A DNA stretch of 64,000 nt from the NCBI GenBank assembly GCA_013239625.1, contig MU055770.1:5393976-5457975 (forward strand). The letters run 5' to 3'. This document shows positions 62,431 through 64,000 of this stretch, one piece after another. The notes beneath the pieces were generated by a model. That model had not been told where the DNA came from and did not search any database. It saw only the letters and a program-made list of their open reading frames with translations. A program made the position numbers and the translations under genes. This DNA comes from Lama guanicoe (taxonomy: Eukaryota). Each line of letters opens with the position of its first letter. The first letter of the stretch is position 1.

Positions 62431-63611
62431 TAATCATTAAGGGAATAACCAAGCTTTAGAAAAGATAACTTAGTTCTTCCTCCTGCTTTATGGAACAGGT
62501 CTCTGGAGCTAGAAGTTGTTCTCCTGATGTAGATTTATGGGTTTAGTTAAGGATGATTGTATGTAGTTTGCATCCCCTCCATCTCTCCCTGAGGTCCAAA
62601 CATTTTGTGCAAGAAGTTTGTAAAGAGGACCTTTGATTTAAATTGATTTGAAGTCTAAGTTCATAAAATTTTAGGAGACTGATTTCAAAAAATTCACTGT
62701 GATTTCTGCCCCTGTTAGTCTGGGATATCTTCTAAGAATAAAATGGACCCTAAATTGTACATAAACTCACATGGACTGCTAAAATAAACTAAATTATAAA
62801 TTTGCATAGTACGTATCTTTTATAGTAAGTTTATTAAAATAACATGTGCATCTCCCCTTTGTGTATATACAGAATGTACCAGCATCAGAAGGCCACCCAT
62901 CTTTATTGAGGTGGGCACCACCCATCTCTAACATCAAAGGGCTACACTGGCTGCCATTCCCAATGGCGTCTAGTGAAGATTTCCCTTGAACTGTCACCTG
63001 TCATTCTTCCAGTCATTTCACAGAAAGACTCTGACCCAGGACTTTTCTTTGTCCCATTCATTTCCATGTGCGTCCCCCAGCAACACCCTGGTGTACAACC
63101 CTAAGTCCAAGAAAAGGCAAGTAAAGCTCCAGACACACAGAAGTTCAGAAAAGGTAACAAAGTAAGAGGTGCACCTCCCTCCTCTCATTTGTATATGTGT
63201 GTTTCTGAGAGGAGAGTAGCAAATGGATCAGCTCAAGAGCTCCCTCAAAATAAGGTAGTTGTTAATGGGTATCTACTGCCAGCGAGCGAGGATTCAGCTT
63301 TAGAGTGGAGAGAAAATGCAGAGTTAATGTATTTGAAACTCATCCTTTTCCAGGCCCTCTAAGCCCTGGAAATGTTCAAAATCCCCTCGACCGTTACCAT
63401 AGGGCATTCTGAAGGTCTTACCCGTAGGGAGAATGGAATGGATTACTAACATAAAGTTACGATTGTAACTACAATAGCAGTCATGGGTTTGGAGCTGGGC
63501 TCTTGGCTCAAGCTGACAAAAGTACAACTTCAAAGTAGCCATGACTAGGGAGGTCATCTGGCAACCTTCATGTAAGTGACTGCACAGCTGGCTGAAGAAT
63601 ATGTAAATAAC

Positions 63612-63770
63612 GGAGGGACGATATAGCTCAAGTGCTAGAGCACATGCTTAGCATGCATGATGTCCTGGGTTCAATCCCCAGTACTGCCTCTAAAATTAAA
63701 TAGATGAACAAATAAACCTAATTATCTCCCTCCCAAAAGTAAATAACAAAAATAAAATAAAAATTTTTTA
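63612..63770 (+). mobile_element. tRNA-derived SINE (vic-1-like) with 13-bp TSD
   Basis: atatagctcaagtgctagag...gggttcaatcccc; TSD AAGAATATGTAAA at 63595-63607 and 63771-63783. Confidence 0.92.
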
Positions 63771-63788
63771 AAGAATATGTAAAAGAAG

Positions 63789-63968
63789 NNNNNNNNNNNN
63801 NNNNNNNNNNNNNNNNNNNNNNNNNNNNNNNNNNNNNNNNNNNNNNNNNNNNNNNNNNNNNNNNNNNNNNNNNNNNNNNNNNNNNNNNNNNNNNNNNNNN
63901 NNNNNNNNNNNNNNNNNNNNNNNNNNNNNNNNNNNNNNNNNNNNNNNNNNNNNNNNNNNNNNNNNNNN
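63789..63968. other. Assembly gap (180 N)
   Basis: N run directly after a SINE TSD. Confidence 1.
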
Positions 63969-64000
63969 TAATGACCTCATAAACAGAAACAGTCTCACAG

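Noticed and set aside
63768-63998. ORF with a long X run
   Set aside because: Artefact of the N gap.
61400-64000. C12orf60 or SMCO3 coding sequence expected downstream of ART4
   Set aside because: No matching long ORF; probably beyond the window end.
1-64000. CRISPR arrays, operons, rRNA or prokaryotic defence systems
   Set aside because: The sequence is mammalian, with spliceosomal introns; no repeat-spacer array or dense coding.

Overview
Mammalian nuclear DNA, AT-rich and repeat-rich, not microbial. Three copies of a tRNA-derived SINE resembling vic-1, and no recognisable Alu, B1, Bov-tA or PRE1, point to a camelid (inference). Two complete + strand genes can be rebuilt from the sequence, in the conserved MGP-ART4 order. 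MGP (matrix Gla protein) has 4 exons at 20018-23096 and encodes 103 aa. ART4 (Dombrock ecto-ADP-ribosyltransferase-like, GPI-anchored) has 3 exons at about 48689-59391. The rest is intronic or intergenic: MIR, L2, L3/CR1, L1, ERV1/ERVL/MaLR LTRs, hAT elements, microsatellites and a 180-nt N gap. Most ORF-track entries are spurious or TE-derived. Main observations: (1) the conserved ART4 start codon reads GTG, which also creates an in-frame splice donor ahead of the signal peptide; (2) a sense solo LTR carrying a splice acceptor and AATAAA ends about 50 nt before ART4 exon 2; (3) the orthologue of the human 75-nt MGP cassette exon keeps both splice sites but carries an in-frame TAG, making it a candidate poison exon; (4) the MGP promoter lacks the human AP-1-like and CCAAT motifs and has a perfect 16-bp FOX/E-box palindrome. 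Repeat subfamily names and human/mouse comparisons come from recall, not from a search, and repeat boundaries are approximate. No CRISPR array, rRNA or wholly new gene system could be supported.
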